A stretch of DNA of 64,000 bases from Raillietiella orientalis (taxonomy: Eukaryota): assembly GCA_036172245.1 (NCBI GenBank), contig JAYWIR010000014.1:1674001-1738000 (forward strand), given 5' to 3'. Made by a program: the position numbers and the translations under genes. Below, one piece after another: positions 43,558 through 55,881 of this stretch (positions are counted from its first letter, which is position 1; the number at the start of each line of letters is the position of its first letter). The notes under the pieces are model-generated. The model was given only the letters and a program-made list of their open reading frames with translations, ran no database searches and was not told the DNA's origin.

Positions 43558-46500
43558 TCCATTTGCTTTTCGGATATTTTTTGTATATATGTATGTATGT
43601 AAGAATATGTATGAGTCAATAAAAATCTATATTCAGCAGGAGAGGTTTCTTTTGATTTACATTAGTATATCTTTCCAAAAGTGCAAAAAAACTGAATGCT
43701 TGATTATATAACATAACCACAATACCTACACTGCTACTGACTTCTGAAATACAATTCTGGAATTGATTAAAGTCATTTTATAAGCCAGATTCATTGATTA
43801 GCTAGCTGAGTTCCCAAATGAGGCATTTTAATTTTGCTGATATCAAATTACACATTATCTGATTCGATTTTCTGCAACATATATATCTGCATTTAATAAA
43901 CTCTTGTCAGCATGAAAAGTCCCAACTTATAGGAGGAATGGAAAATATAATCACTATTATAATTAGGGAATAAAGCGAGTTTGCAAATGGAAGGTTTCTA
44001 TCATGAAACGGACCATAAATATTAACCGTTACAAAGTAACACACGAAAACAATCCACGAACTTCAACCGAAAACTCTTAGCAAGTACCACTGCGGCGTAC
44101 AAACTATACGATGCACTTTTGACAAAAGTTCTCATCACCCTTTCAGGAAAGTTTGTTATTCAACATCCTCAATAAGTTGGTGCAATGGACTCTGGCAATC
44201 ACGTTCACTCTATCATAACTCCTTAAAAAATACGAATTTTCATAGCGGAAACGACAATCATTCAAGAATCAGGAGTACTTGCGATCGGTTTCGTCTTTTT
44301 CCCATTAAATTACGGAAGGCATTAGTTTCAAACGGTTGTTCCAAGATACGCTAAGGTGTCTGATTCATCGCAATATTGCAACCCAGACGAGTTCCCGATA
44401 ACTACAAATTACGCTTGCTGCTGACATTCAGAATCCAAGCAGCACACCATAAAACCTCCATACAAAGTATGCGAACTAAAGCAAGGGTTGTCAATTACAT
44501 TTCTTTGAAATACACATAAAAAATCAATGCAATATGTCGCATTAGAATAATAGTCAAAATAAGAAAAACCAAGGAAAACAATGAATTACTCCATAATATG
44601 TATGCAAAGGTGGTACGATTAGTGTAGAATCTGTAATAATTTTATGGTTTAATTGCCATACGAACAAAAGAACTCCTGAAATCATTAGAATTTGTGCTTT
44701 CGAATTCATCCGAATAATTATGTGCCTTCGTTCACAACTTAGAATAGGATGAGAAATATAGCAATTTGATCATATCTAGACATAAGTAAATGAAATCCTT
44801 TGGTTAATGAAGATCTGAATGGTTGGAGTGTTCTAACTGACAAAAGAGATGAGGAGTATGACCATCGAGGCAGCAACAAAGAATCACTTCACGCCATTTT
44901 GTTCTTGTCATTTTTTGTTATTCTTTTGAATCTAGCATTTATAAATTCTAGTTAATAAATCAACCAACCAATTTCAGCGCTGAATCTGCCATTCATTCAT
45001 GACTTTGAAATCCATTTTATATTAACGTATTTCAAAGTGGAGCAATAATACTTCCTGCCATTGAAAACAGTAAATCCATTTAAAATTCACAGGAGTTAGA
45101 CTCTAAATTTTGTTTGGAAAAAATGCAAATTTTTTTTTACTAACTTCATGGATAGTATCTAAACAAAAAAGAGCAGATACAGCTGCTCTTTTCTGTTCTT
45201 CACTGCGGATTTTTTCCTCTCTAAGCTCTGCATTTCAACAGCTGTTTATTCTAAATCTTTGAGCAACAATTTAAGTGCATGAGAATTAATTAATAGCAAG
45301 TCATCTCTTGCTCTGGTAGGAACTCGATGATTTCAGTATAATTTTAGTATTCAGTATAATTTTTTCAGTAAGTTCTTCAGTTGACAGTAAAAAATTCCAT
45401 TCCTATGTCTCCTGAGACTGATTCTATTCAGCATATTTTCTGAAAAGACCAGTCAACTTCATCAGGATCGAAGCATAGACAGATGCTTTTTATCTTATCA
45501 TCTTCATACAAGAACATAATTGAGGGTCATTATTAACTGCAATTCTTACCGAAATTGCGAGCATCTTCTTGAAGCGGTCATCTCTGATACTATAAGGCGC
45601 ATGTGAATTCCATACATCCATATTATTCATTGCTTCTAGACAATAATCAAGAGACTTGAAAGCCTTACTATTTTCCTTTCGTTGAGAATTTCATAAATGT
45701 TCCAAAGAATTACTATTAATAACTTTTCTTTATATTTATTAACTTGATGGAAAAATTTCTCAAAGTGGAAATTAAAAGCAGTTTGCTTATGAAGAATTTA
45801 AGAACGGAAATTTAAATAATAATAAATGAGAATTGATAACTTTTCTAAAGAGCAAAGCTGTCTGAAAGCAGAGTCCACTTATTACACATTTACTATCCAG
45901 GAAGCAGTCGACCCTATTCTCACTAGAAAACGTATTCAGTTACATCAGCAAACTATTACTGGGTGTGCAAACCAAAGTACCATATAAGAGCACTTACAGT
46001 TTTAGGTTTCGATTAGACTTTTCACATTTTTCGTAGACAATAAGGAAGAAATTCACTAATAGTCCACATAAAATTGTATAATATCGTCCAAATTTTTGTG
46101 CTAATAACGCTCATTTGAAAAAGTGCCCAACTGGTTAGCTTTATTGACTTTATGGACCTGGAGAAAATAAAAAGGGCATATGATGAGAAATACCCTAATT
46201 TTCCATCTGGCAATATAAAATGATGATTTTTGATAGAGGAAACTTGCACACTGCTTTCAGGAACATATTCATGATCTGACTTCTGTTGATTGTTGTTGCT
46301 ATTTGCTAGTTGACTGTTGACTATCATGACTGTCTAATTCACTAATTGATTTTTCATTAAATCTGCGGAGCATGTTGAGTTTCATTGAAGAGGTAAGCCC
46401 ATCATAAGTGCTCGTGAAAAAGCTGAATCTCGATTTTTCAATTCCCCTTAAAGAATGGAAAGGTCGTAGCCTACATAAATTTGAAAAACAAAATATATAA

Positions 46501-48379
46501 GCCGGAACTTTACATTCTAAGCTTTGAAATTATGTACACGAACAAACGAAATATTAGGATACATGAAGTGAAAGCTCATGTGAACTTAGTAGTCCTTTTT
46601 TTCAGTTAAGCAGCTAAGAAAGAATAGTAGTCCAGACAGTCACAACTACTTTAATCCATTGTTATACACATTCAAGGTATTCGGCAATGTAGTACAGGGT
46701 TCGTAAAATAGTCAGTAGAAAATCACATCAAATTTCAGTGTTTACCTTGAAAGGTAAACACTGAAATTTGGGATTGCACCCTGAAAATGTTTTTTAATTT
46801 GGAAATATCATTGCTACTGCACAATTGAATTCTGTGATGTACCCATTTCAGATAGTTCATGCTCACAGTCTTCAGATGGCAATGAGCTCTACTTTGAATT
46901 TCAAAATAGGAAAGGGAAATCAACAATAACACATATGCATATCTGCAAAGCGTGTCTAAGCTTTTATAACTTCGTAATACTGATCTTGGCTAGCTAGTAA
47001 AAAAAGATACCATTAAGAGAAACAAATTCTTGAAGCACCCAAATGCAAATGCGATCGAGTAATTAGTGGAAATGCCTATGCAAAGAAAAACCAACAACAG
47101 TGCAGCACAAAAATTCAAGATTTTCCTCAGAAACACTTGGAATGATTCATTAGAACTTCACAATATTCTTATCGGTTCTCATTCTGGGCTGGACAGGGAT
47201 CCAACTACTTAGTAACTATCTTTGACTCCTGAATCGAAGCATTCACCCAGAGGCATAGTATCCAAAGATTAAGCGTGCAGTTGTCCTGAATATTATCTTA
47301 TGCACACAAGTTCACAATCTTCAGAGGTTCGGTTCCTACTGTGCGCCGATCTGTCCAAACTCCACCTTCACTGAAACAAACTCATTGTGGCCAACTCTGG
47401 ATCCGGTCTTCGGTTTCAAAGTGTTTTAAATTTCCGTTTCTCGCTCTGTCAGAATAACCTTGTTTTATCTCACGGTCGAATGCAGAAGAATAATCTCGTC
47501 GGGTTGAAGGTCGAGAAGTGCGACTTCTGCAAAAACTCACGCCAGAAGGTTTTGCTTTGTTCTGTTTCTGGACGCTGCCACATCGCGACTCCATGTCCCT
47601 CTTAGCGTGGGTACATATGGAGAACCGGCTGTGCTTTGAAGACTTTTTTTTCTTTTTAAGAGAGGGGAGGACGATGTGATTTGCGTTCTCCGATTGGAGA
47701 AAGCGCGAGAAAATTCCGGCATCCGACTGCTCACTTTACGGGCTCGAGCATGTAGCTGTCACCTTTGAAAGGGCTCAGCCACTGCTGTTCGGTGAGCAGG
47801 AGAAACCAAGACTCACTTTTCGAGCTGTTTCTCTGGGGACGGCAGTCAGTCTGGGCGTTTTTTTCCTCGCTGTTACCCTGATCTTGTCTCCACTGCGCTT
47901 TCCACCTTGATTTCCTGACAGCGTGATGCATGAACAAGTCATCTCCGAAACCAAATAGTGGCAATGAGGAAAAGCAGGCGGGAGCAACAGGTTGATGGTT
48001 GAGGCACTGGCCCTGAATCCCGATTCGGCACCGGAAACGATTAAGAAATCGGGATTTGTTGGGGAGATGTTGTTTCTCATCCCCCTAAACAGAGGCGACG
48101 GGCAGAGAAGGAGAGCTGTTTCCGACGCTCCATGGAGAACTTGAATATCACAGAGAACCTGGGATGCAAGCACCAGTGAGCCTCGAAATACAGGACTTAG
48201 ATCATTGCAGCAGCTGCGATCTGGAATTCTGATGTAAACGTTAGTCTACTCTTGTGATTCTCAGTGTCCCAGAAATCCGTGCTGCCTCGAGGTAACTAAG
48301 GAAAAAACTGCCTCCCCGGAAGGCAACCTGAGATTGCATGCACGGACACGTGAAGGAGGAAAATCTTTCATCCTTGGAT

Positions 48380-48560
48380 CTTGTCCTTCCATCAATGTGC
48401 GCAGACTCCTTCTTTTCCTACATTGCAATCAGAGAGCACATCTGTCATTTCATCCTTGCCTTTCGAAAACAGCAACATGCAACCGAAAGGTTGGGATCAT
48501 TGTGCTGGAACGGCAGGGTCTTATTCATCTTCCTTCAAAGATCCTGCACCATGGGAAAAA
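48380..48560 (+). mobile_element. Possible APE endonuclease N-terminal relic
   Basis: 'SINVRRL', 'IAIREH' and 'KVGIIV' in shifted frames resemble SWNVRGL / LQETH / GVGIL. Confidence 0.25.
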
Positions 48561-48603
48561 GATCCTTGAGGGTACCACTAAGACCTCCGTGTATTCCTCA
48601 TAA

Positions 48604-48785
48604 GTCGGATTGCCCTCGTTGTATGGTTATGGTCTCAGCGCGTTGTACCAAGCGTTGCGGGTTCGAATCCCCACTTGGAGGATCGATGCCAGAGAAATAG
48701 GTGCGTCGTAGGTTCGAGTTCTCCCGCAAGATAACGCTGGTTGACCCACGGGCTTTGGGCGCGGCACTAGGTGACAGCCAGTCAC
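48604..48785 (+). mobile_element. tRNA-like head of repeat unit X (copy A; SINE-like)
   Basis: B-box GGTTCGAATCCC at 48660-48671 preceded by A-box-like TATGGTTATGG; colinear similarity to the reverse complement of ~52360-52509. Confidence 0.55.
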
Positions 48786-48789
48786 TCCG

Positions 48790-50230
48790 GAGGGTTTATT
48801 TATAAAAGAAACATACACGTCTGAGGCAGGACGTTTGATCTTGCCATGTTACTCATAGCTATGAGAAGGAACCTGCCGGGGACTGGCACGCAGGGCAGCA
48901 AGGTTCGCCTAGGCAGCACAGGGGAAGGGGAGACGGACAAAAAGGAAAACGTAAAACAAAAAATATATAGTCAAAAAAATGGGGGGGTTCGGGAAGGGGT
49001 CACTGCGTGCTGGAAGGTGTCCTCTGCATCCTTTTAAGGATGCCGGCAAGTTCCTGTTGCAAGACTCCCAGATGGAGCCATCTTGAACGCTCTCCTCATG
49101 AAAAGGACGGTAAAACAGATGGAGTTCCTGTCGTTCTGGCCTCCTCTGGCGTTGCTGCTCCATGCAGCCACAATCTTGCGTGGTCAGCAGAGTGCTGCTG
49201 GGGATGCGGCCGGCGTGAGGGCGTCGCTCAGGAAGAGGCGCTCTAAAACGTCTCTGGCGCTGCTGCCGGGTATTCCAAGGATCGCCGCAAAGCGTGTCCA
49301 GAGGGATCGGAGGGCAATGCAATCCACTAGGAGGTGAGGGAGATATTCCCACTCCCCTCAGCTTGCAGTCTCACTTGCACATTTTTGCCACACACACCCC
49401 TGTTCAATGATGCCGGCGGGCGTTGCATGGGAAACCCCAGTGCAGCAGTATCAACGTCGACTCTTGCCATTTAAAAGGGAGGATGAGAATGTTTATGAGC
49501 ACCGGAGCCACTGCAGGTCTTCCTCCGGAATACCCATTAGCATGCCCCAGCGCAAAAGTTCACGAAGTCGAGCAACTGGGGTCGGAGCGTCGGTGAGCTG
49601 ACTCCTCGTCCACTCGCCCAGTCCTCTTCTCTTTCCGGAGATTTCCACAGCAACCTACCATCTAGCCTTAAGGCTGCTGTCCATATGCTCCCTAAGGAAG
49701 GGCAGAGCGGCGGCGAGGCACGCACTCTTCACGTGATCTTCCAGGATCTCCCGGAGCGAGCAGTTGTTGAGCGCGCACAGGAAACGTCGCACCTGTTACG
49801 CGCTTGGATCCTGAATCCTCGCCCACGTGCGAACGGTTCTCTGCAACCATTCGCAGGGCGCCACGAGCTCCATCCGTTTTTCCTGGCCAGCGTGGCCACC
49901 TGCCGAAGGTGCAGTCTGCAGTGAATGAGACTGTGTGGAGGGTGCGCAAGGAAGGACGCGACTCCCGAGCTGCTGATGGCTTGCTGGACGAGAAGATGTG
50001 CAGGTTGGCACCAGGTGGTGCTCCATAGGTTTGCCGCGACGGCAAGTGTTCGAAACGGGAGCTGCAGCTCCATTCCCTCCAGCGTCAGGAGGTCTAGGCT
50101 GCCGTCCCGGCGCGGAGCACATAAGTCCTTTAGGCTGACTCGGGGTCTCGCTTTGCCCCAGAGGGCGATCCAGAGGACACCCTTTGTCAGCTTTCTAATG
50201 CTGCATGGCAGAGGGCAAACAAAAAGCAGA
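48790..50230 (-). mobile_element. 5'-truncated Tx1/L1-clade retrotransposon: ORF2 C-terminal part and 3' UTR
   Basis: 'LWGKARPRVSLKDLCAPRRDGSLDLL' (FLW..RV..L..P..GGLGL, ~50090-50165), 'LPFKWQESTLILLHWGFP' (~49430-49480), 'HLLVDCIALRSLW' (zf-RVT-like, ~49300-49337), T-rich tail, minus-strand AATAAA at 48795-48800. Confidence 0.7.
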
Positions 50231-50344
50231 GAGTGGAGGAGTGGACCACGAACGTGTCCCAACCGTGGCCCGTTCCGATGACGACGCCCTATAAACGGCG
50301 CTCGGCCCATTCTAAAGAGACAGGTTTTTCCTGGAACGTCCCCC

Positions 50345-50860
50345 CTCCCCGTCCTGTAAGATAAGGCTGGCTGGTCTACGGGCTTTGAGCGCGATACTGG
50401 TGGAAGCACCCGGAAACCCCTGGATGTCCACGTTGACTGGCCGGGATCGGAAGTCGACCCTGCGGCGTCCTTCCAGGAATCAAGGAGCCTCGGAGTTCCC
50501 TTCTGGTGCTAAAAATGGAGCCGCATCCATCGGGTATTGTGGAGCTGGGTGATAGAGCCCCCTTCCTCTTGGGTCGCCTCTCTAGAGTGTCAGAAGGGTG
50601 CTGCTCCCTTCGAGGTGCACCCTTTAGAGAAATTGGGAAGTGTCCTTCAGCATTCTCTTCAGAGGAGAAAACGAGGAGCGGATCCTTTCCGGGTTCTCTC
50701 GGAGAAGGAATAATGGAGTAACCCCCTCTGCGGAGCCCTTCTGGAGAGAATAAGGAAGAAGAGGATCCCGTTGGGTTCCCTTCGGAGACAACCAGGGCGA
50801 GCGTTCTCTTCGGGTTTCCCTACCAAGAGTAATAGGAACGGACTCCCTTTTACGGAGCCT
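50345..50860 (+). repeat. Body of repeat unit X with internal degenerate array of about 40 bp period
   Basis: Colinear inverted similarity to ~51835-52400, e.g. AGCGGATCCTTTCCGGGTTC, CCCTTCGGAGACAACCA, GTCCTTCCAGGAAT; recurring CCTTCGGGTTCCCTTCGGAG-like motif. Confidence 0.8.
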
Positions 50861-50899
50861 TCCTGGATTCATAGGGTGGTCCTTTCCCAGGTATCTTCT

Positions 50900-51610
50900 A
50901 CAACTTAAGAAGAAGAGTGACACTCACCCTCGGATGGCGTGGGCCGCGTGAAAGAGCTTCGTGAACTTCCCTCCTAAGGAGGTGAACGGTCCTTCAGCAC
51001 TTGGCGAGCCAAAAAAGAGAGGCCAGAGATTCGATTCTGGGTCGAGCAAGGAAGCTGCACGCCTGAGGGTTGTGACTTCCACTGCTCGCTCGTGGTTGCT
51101 ACGTTTCGTAGGAAACCACGAGCCAGTAACCCTACGTTTCGTAGGGTTTCCAGTTCGATGCATTGGAATGGTGGGATGAGGAAAGAGAGCTCTGCTTCGA
51201 AAGGGGAGGTTGCATCTTCTTTCCCTCGAAGAGGCATTCTGGAGAGATCGGACCCACAGGCATAGCAGGCAGACAAAGCTCTGGGAGGCTGCACGAGAAC
51301 GTAAGAGGTTAGCTCTCTCTGAGGAGCGATCCCACGCACCTACCAGTATCCTATGCATCCGAAGTAGCTGCATCCAACCTTTGATTTGGGGAAGCCTATG
51401 GAATGGAACCCTAGAGGTCCTCCCATGTCACTCCTTGCAGGGGGGGGGGGGGGGGTGGCAGCGTAGTGAACAGGTGGCGGCGCTACAGCAGCCCATCTGC
51501 AGGAATAGAAGGACTCTGACGAAGAGCACAGCGGTCGCCAGAGCAAGCAGCGCTGCTGTGAACACTAGGGACAACGCCTGTGAACAAACTGGCAAATGCC
51601 TTGCTGGAGA
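50900..51610 (-). mobile_element. Possible decayed gag-like ORF1 of a Tx1/L1-like element
   Basis: 'YVLVQPPRALSACYACGSD' (~51245-51300) resembles the QPxxCxxCGxxGH knuckle; His and last Cys are lost or frameshifted. Confidence 0.35.
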
Positions 51611-51834
51611 AGGTCATTAAAGTTCATTTGGCAATACATACATATATATATATAAATATGTATGCTAAATATTGATTAGTTCACTGAATGATTTTATTTT
51701 ACACCGGGAACTTAATATATTATTTGTAACAAAACTTTGAAAACCTTAGGAAAATATGCCTTGAAAAACATGTATATGTTGATAATGAATAATTCATATT
51801 TAAAGTAAGCGTATGTGACTTGAATGCAAGGTCA

Positions 51835-52509
51835 ATTAGCCCTTGGTTGTCTCCGAAGGGGCACCCGAAGGGAATCTCATTCCTCATTCTCTCCGGAGGC
51901 ACACACCCCTAATGGGGGTGGTCCTCTCCATTTCAACTTCTCCGAAGGGAACCCGGAAAGGATCCGCTAGTAGGAATTTCTTCTCCGGAAGGAACCCACA
52001 AGGCTCCTGTTCACTGCTCTGAAGAGAACCCCGAAGGGACGCTTACGAAACTCAGAAGGGGCGCTGCAGCTTCCCGCAGGGGGATCGCTCTCTCTTGGTT
52101 CCTTGTGCACTCTGTGAAGAGGAGACGACTCGGAGGGACCCCGCAACAGGGGGGGTCCGCTCCTTTGACCAACTGGAGAGGTGACCGTGAGGGCTCCGGC
52201 TCCATCTTGAAACCGGAGGAGTCCCCCGGTGACGGGGGTCCGCTCTCCGTTGCACAACCGGAGGGGGAACTCCCCACTCCTTTATTCCTGGAAGGACCCG
52301 AAGGTCGACTCCCATTGTTCCGGCCTTCGTCGGGAGCTTCCGGCTTAATCCACCGCCGGGGGGCCACGCCCGAATGTCTCGGCCAACCAGCGCCATGGCA
52401 GGAGAAACTCGGAACTCGACGACGCAGTTGTGTCAGAGTTTCCGCCGGAGTATTCGAACCCGCGACGCATGGTGCCACGCGCGGAAGCCTTAACCACAAA
52501 GCCTCCGAC
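51835..52509 (-). mobile_element. Repeat unit X copy B (tRNA-like head, body and internal array)
   Basis: Minus strand reads GTCGGAGGCTTTGTGGTTAAGGC...GCGGGTTCGAATACTCCGGC (D-arm-like A-box, B-box, 7-bp terminal pairing), followed by a body matching 48700-48780 and 50345-50800. Confidence 0.6.
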
Positions 52510-52529
52510 GCGGGCCCTTGGGTGACGGG

Positions 52530-52745
52530 AAACACCTGTCGACGGGCATGTGCGAGATCGAACAAGAGACTCTTGGCTAAGTTGTTTTCCCACGACTCTG
52601 ATCTTCAAATTTGCTCATGAAATCTGGAACTGGGAATTCAGCCAGCTCGGCACAGCGACTGGCTGAAGCCCTCAAGTGTTCTTCGTTGGAGTCTTGCCTT
52701 GGGGACAGCGCTCGGAGCAGGTCGGTTCACAGTCCCGAACTCTGT
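52530..52745 (-). mobile_element. L1/Tx1-like RT subdomain 5-6 relic
   Basis: In-frame 'NEEHL...FMSKFEDQSRGK' then frameshifted 'NLAKS'; the NEEH codons each differ by one base from YADD codons and the spacing to F..SG..N..KS fits L1-type RT. Confidence 0.4.
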
Positions 52746-55700
52746 CCAAAAAAAATAGATTATATGTTTTAATATGTATACTGATATATTAATTAACATA
52801 TAGGATAATGCACAAATTTATTTTAACATGCATATTTATTGATATGATTAATATATATCGACATATACATTAATGTATATAGTGAAGATAATGTGTATTT
52901 TTTTGTATATCAGTGTGTATTTAAACATATAATAATTATATATGAAACAAATATATAAATATCGAATTTAAAAACAAAAATAGTCGCGACAGATTTAAAA
53001 ATAGTGGAAAAAATAAAAACGCAAGCAAATTGAAAAAAAAAGAAATTTTGTATTTTGTTTTCCTCTCATTTCCAGCACTCAGTAGGTGGCGAATTTTATT
53101 TTCTGAATTTTGATCGATAAATGTTCATTATTCGATATTTATATATCTATTTCATATGCATTCATTATTTCTATAAATATATTTTGATGCATATAATAAT
53201 ACATGTATTATAATCTTCAATATATATTAATAGTGTATAGTAATATGCATCATTAATTGTATCAATGAATATGCATGTTGGAACAGAATCATATATTAAT
53301 CTATCAATAATTTGTATGTATGTATATGTATTGTATGTTTGTATTGTATATATGTACATAATACACCTGCATATCTATTTCTTATAATGTTTATAATATA
53401 TATTAATCTATACATTAATCCACATATAAATGTATGTATGCATATATATAATGAGCATATGTATTTGTTTTTGAAATCTTTCGGAGTTTCGGCATTCGGG
53501 ATTTTGATCGGCACGTCGTGGGGAGGAACAGGTTCCCAGAGTATCTTGGGCCTCAAGAAGTTTAAGCTATTCACCAGAATTGTGTGGGCAGGGTTTACAA
53601 GTTCTTGCAGGCCTTCCGATCAACAGGAACAAATGATTCGGGGAAAAGGACCTGCTAGCGCTAGGCAAGGATCAGCAATACGCTAAAGGGAAGACGTCGC
53701 TTCGCACCAACCAGAAAGGAAGATGGGGAAAAGATCTAGGATCACGTGAATTTGTTCCTGTTAGCCTCATCCTTTTTCTTCTTAAATATCCACCGGAACT
53801 CGAGAGGAATCTGCTGCCAGCCCAGCTCCAACCAAGAACTTTGATTTGAGCAGAAACAGTTTCATCGGACGGGCACCCTCACAAAAAAATACTTGCAGAA
53901 GCAGCGTCGGGCGCTCTGGAAAGAGGCGTTTCTTTCTTTGCTATTGTCCTCAGGGATCCTGTCCGTCAAGAAGCGGGAGGAGACTTTCGCCTGGAATGCT
54001 CCTTGCAGTTGTTGCTGACCCAAAAAGGATCAGAAAGGGGTGGTACTCCAAACACGGAAGAAGCGGAAGAAAATTGCATGCCAGCACTTGATCAGAGTGG
54101 CTCTGCCCTCGCGAAGGAGTGCATTCAATCATTTGAGGGTTTGATCAAACACGTGGGGTGAAAGAAAGGCATTCATCACCTGCAAGAGAAACCACAAAGT
54201 GGTCGTAACCCTCTTATGATGACTGTCATGACCACCTTATTCTTACGGGCATATCATTTTAATCATGCAATCCCTCTTCAGTGGTACGTTATCTCGATTC
54301 ATCTTGCAGGCTTTAGAATTTGTTAGAATACTCCTCCTTTCTGGTGTCACAAAGCACTCAGGGGCGAGCTGGGATTCTTAGAAGCTTACTTGCTACGACG
54401 ATGGCTAGGCTATAATGAGTTGTGACCTATGTCTTCAGCACTGATTTGTGGCTACGTTCCGCTTGTCCAGTGGTAGGTATCGCAATAAAGTCTCTGGTTT
54501 AGATACGGGTTGCTTCTGCGTGTCAACACAGAAGGTTCAGTTGGCGACTCATGTCGGTCGAGACAACGAATCTCCTCTTGCTGTTCTCGTCGCCAGTCAC
54601 ATCTGCTGCAGTAGCGCGTTCTCCTCGTAAGGGAATTGGAATTCTGTTTCAGGGATCCCGTTCTCTCCCTGAAAGCATGTAATTACTTTACATCTCTACC
54701 ATGCATCTTCCCATTCATCACTGAAAGTAGGATGAAGCATTTCAAAAGCTCCCCTTTTACAAAATGAAACGGAAATAGATGTTCATCTGGAAAAATAGTC
54801 GACCACCACCGGAGCGAAATCCTATCGACAACATTTTTTGACCTGTTTGAACATTCAAACACAGATGTGAATGGTTGAAGGAATGAAGGGTGGTGGCGTC
54901 AGATCGAGGTCAAACTGTCTGCCTTTTCAATTTTTGAACAATCAGGACTGTAGATTAGTCCTGATATTCGTTCTGATCAATAGACATGGATCCTCAGCCA
55001 AACTGCCTACTTTAATCATTAGAGAAGTTCCCTCTATGGAATCACGTATGCATTATATACAGATAAGATAGAATTGCGGATTGTACTGAGCGACACAGGC
55101 AGAGGGCATCACCAAACTTAAAATTCTGAGATTAACCAGTGAGACATACACGGGGTATTTCACTACAAAAAATAGCGCATGGAATGCATGAAAAGACAAA
55201 AGAACTGAAGTTCTGTCATATGCGAGTAAGCTGGCAAGCAAAAAGAACAAGCATTTCGAACAATGATGCGGACACAGAAACAGCTATAAAATGCCTACCA
55301 AACCTAAAGCATACAATTCGTAAACCGAAAGAAAATCGGCATCCAGAAAATAATTACACTGAGACAATAATTATTGAAGTGTCAGCTTTAGGATGAAGCA
55401 TGTCTATGAGTATAAGTAGCATGAGTAGAAGACCCAGTCTACCGCCTACAACTAGGTAACTAATGCTCTAATCCGTTATCACTGTTTATGGAAGATGGAT
55501 GTTGCTTTAGAATCAACTTCGGCCGAAAAGCTGAATAGAAGATGCATTATCGAAAGATAGAGAAAAAATTTCTCGAGAGTCTCTCCAGTTGATAATATAA
55601 TCAGTGGCTGATTTCTAGGTCACTATCCATCATTCGTCATTTAGTTGCTCATTTATCAAAATGCATCAGCACATTCAAACAAAAATCAATTTTATATCTT

Positions 55701-55825
55701 AACTTGCAACAAAAGAAGAGTGTTTTGGCTTTCTATCATTAGTTTTCATCCTATAAGACGCTGTCGAGCAAAACCCTAAATTTGTATTTCCTAAGATTGC
55801 TGCATTTTAGTACCACTATCGACAA

Positions 55826-55881
55826 ATTTCCCATACATTCGCAAATATGTGCATACACATATTTGCGAATGTATGGGAAAT
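55826..55881. repeat. Perfect 26-bp inverted repeat with 4-nt spacer
   Basis: ATTTCCCATACATTCGCAAATATGTG-CATA-CACATATTTGCGAATGTATGGGAAAT. Confidence 0.97.

Noticed and set aside
48604..48680. Functional tRNA gene (also 52444-52509)
   Set aside because: T-stem and anticodon arm do not pair properly and no anticodon can be assigned; called tRNA-derived only.
50590..50860. Recurring motif at about 40-bp period resembling a CRISPR array (also 51850-52070)
   Set aside because: Repeats are degenerate with no constant repeat/unique spacer structure, no cas genes, and the context is eukaryotic; treated as an internal minisatellite of unit X.
51440..51455. G16 run as a functional G-quadruplex
   Set aside because: A simple homopolymer inside a TE relic; length is error-prone and nothing indicates function.
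47380..52620. Dense overlapping 60-226 aa ORFs on both strands as novel genes
   Set aside because: Explained by high GC content and decayed retrotransposon sequence; motifs switch frames.
53840..54130. Additional Tx1 ORF2 fragment ('REGRATLIK', minus)
   Set aside because: Only one short motif; the downstream FLW/GGLG motifs are not recognisable.
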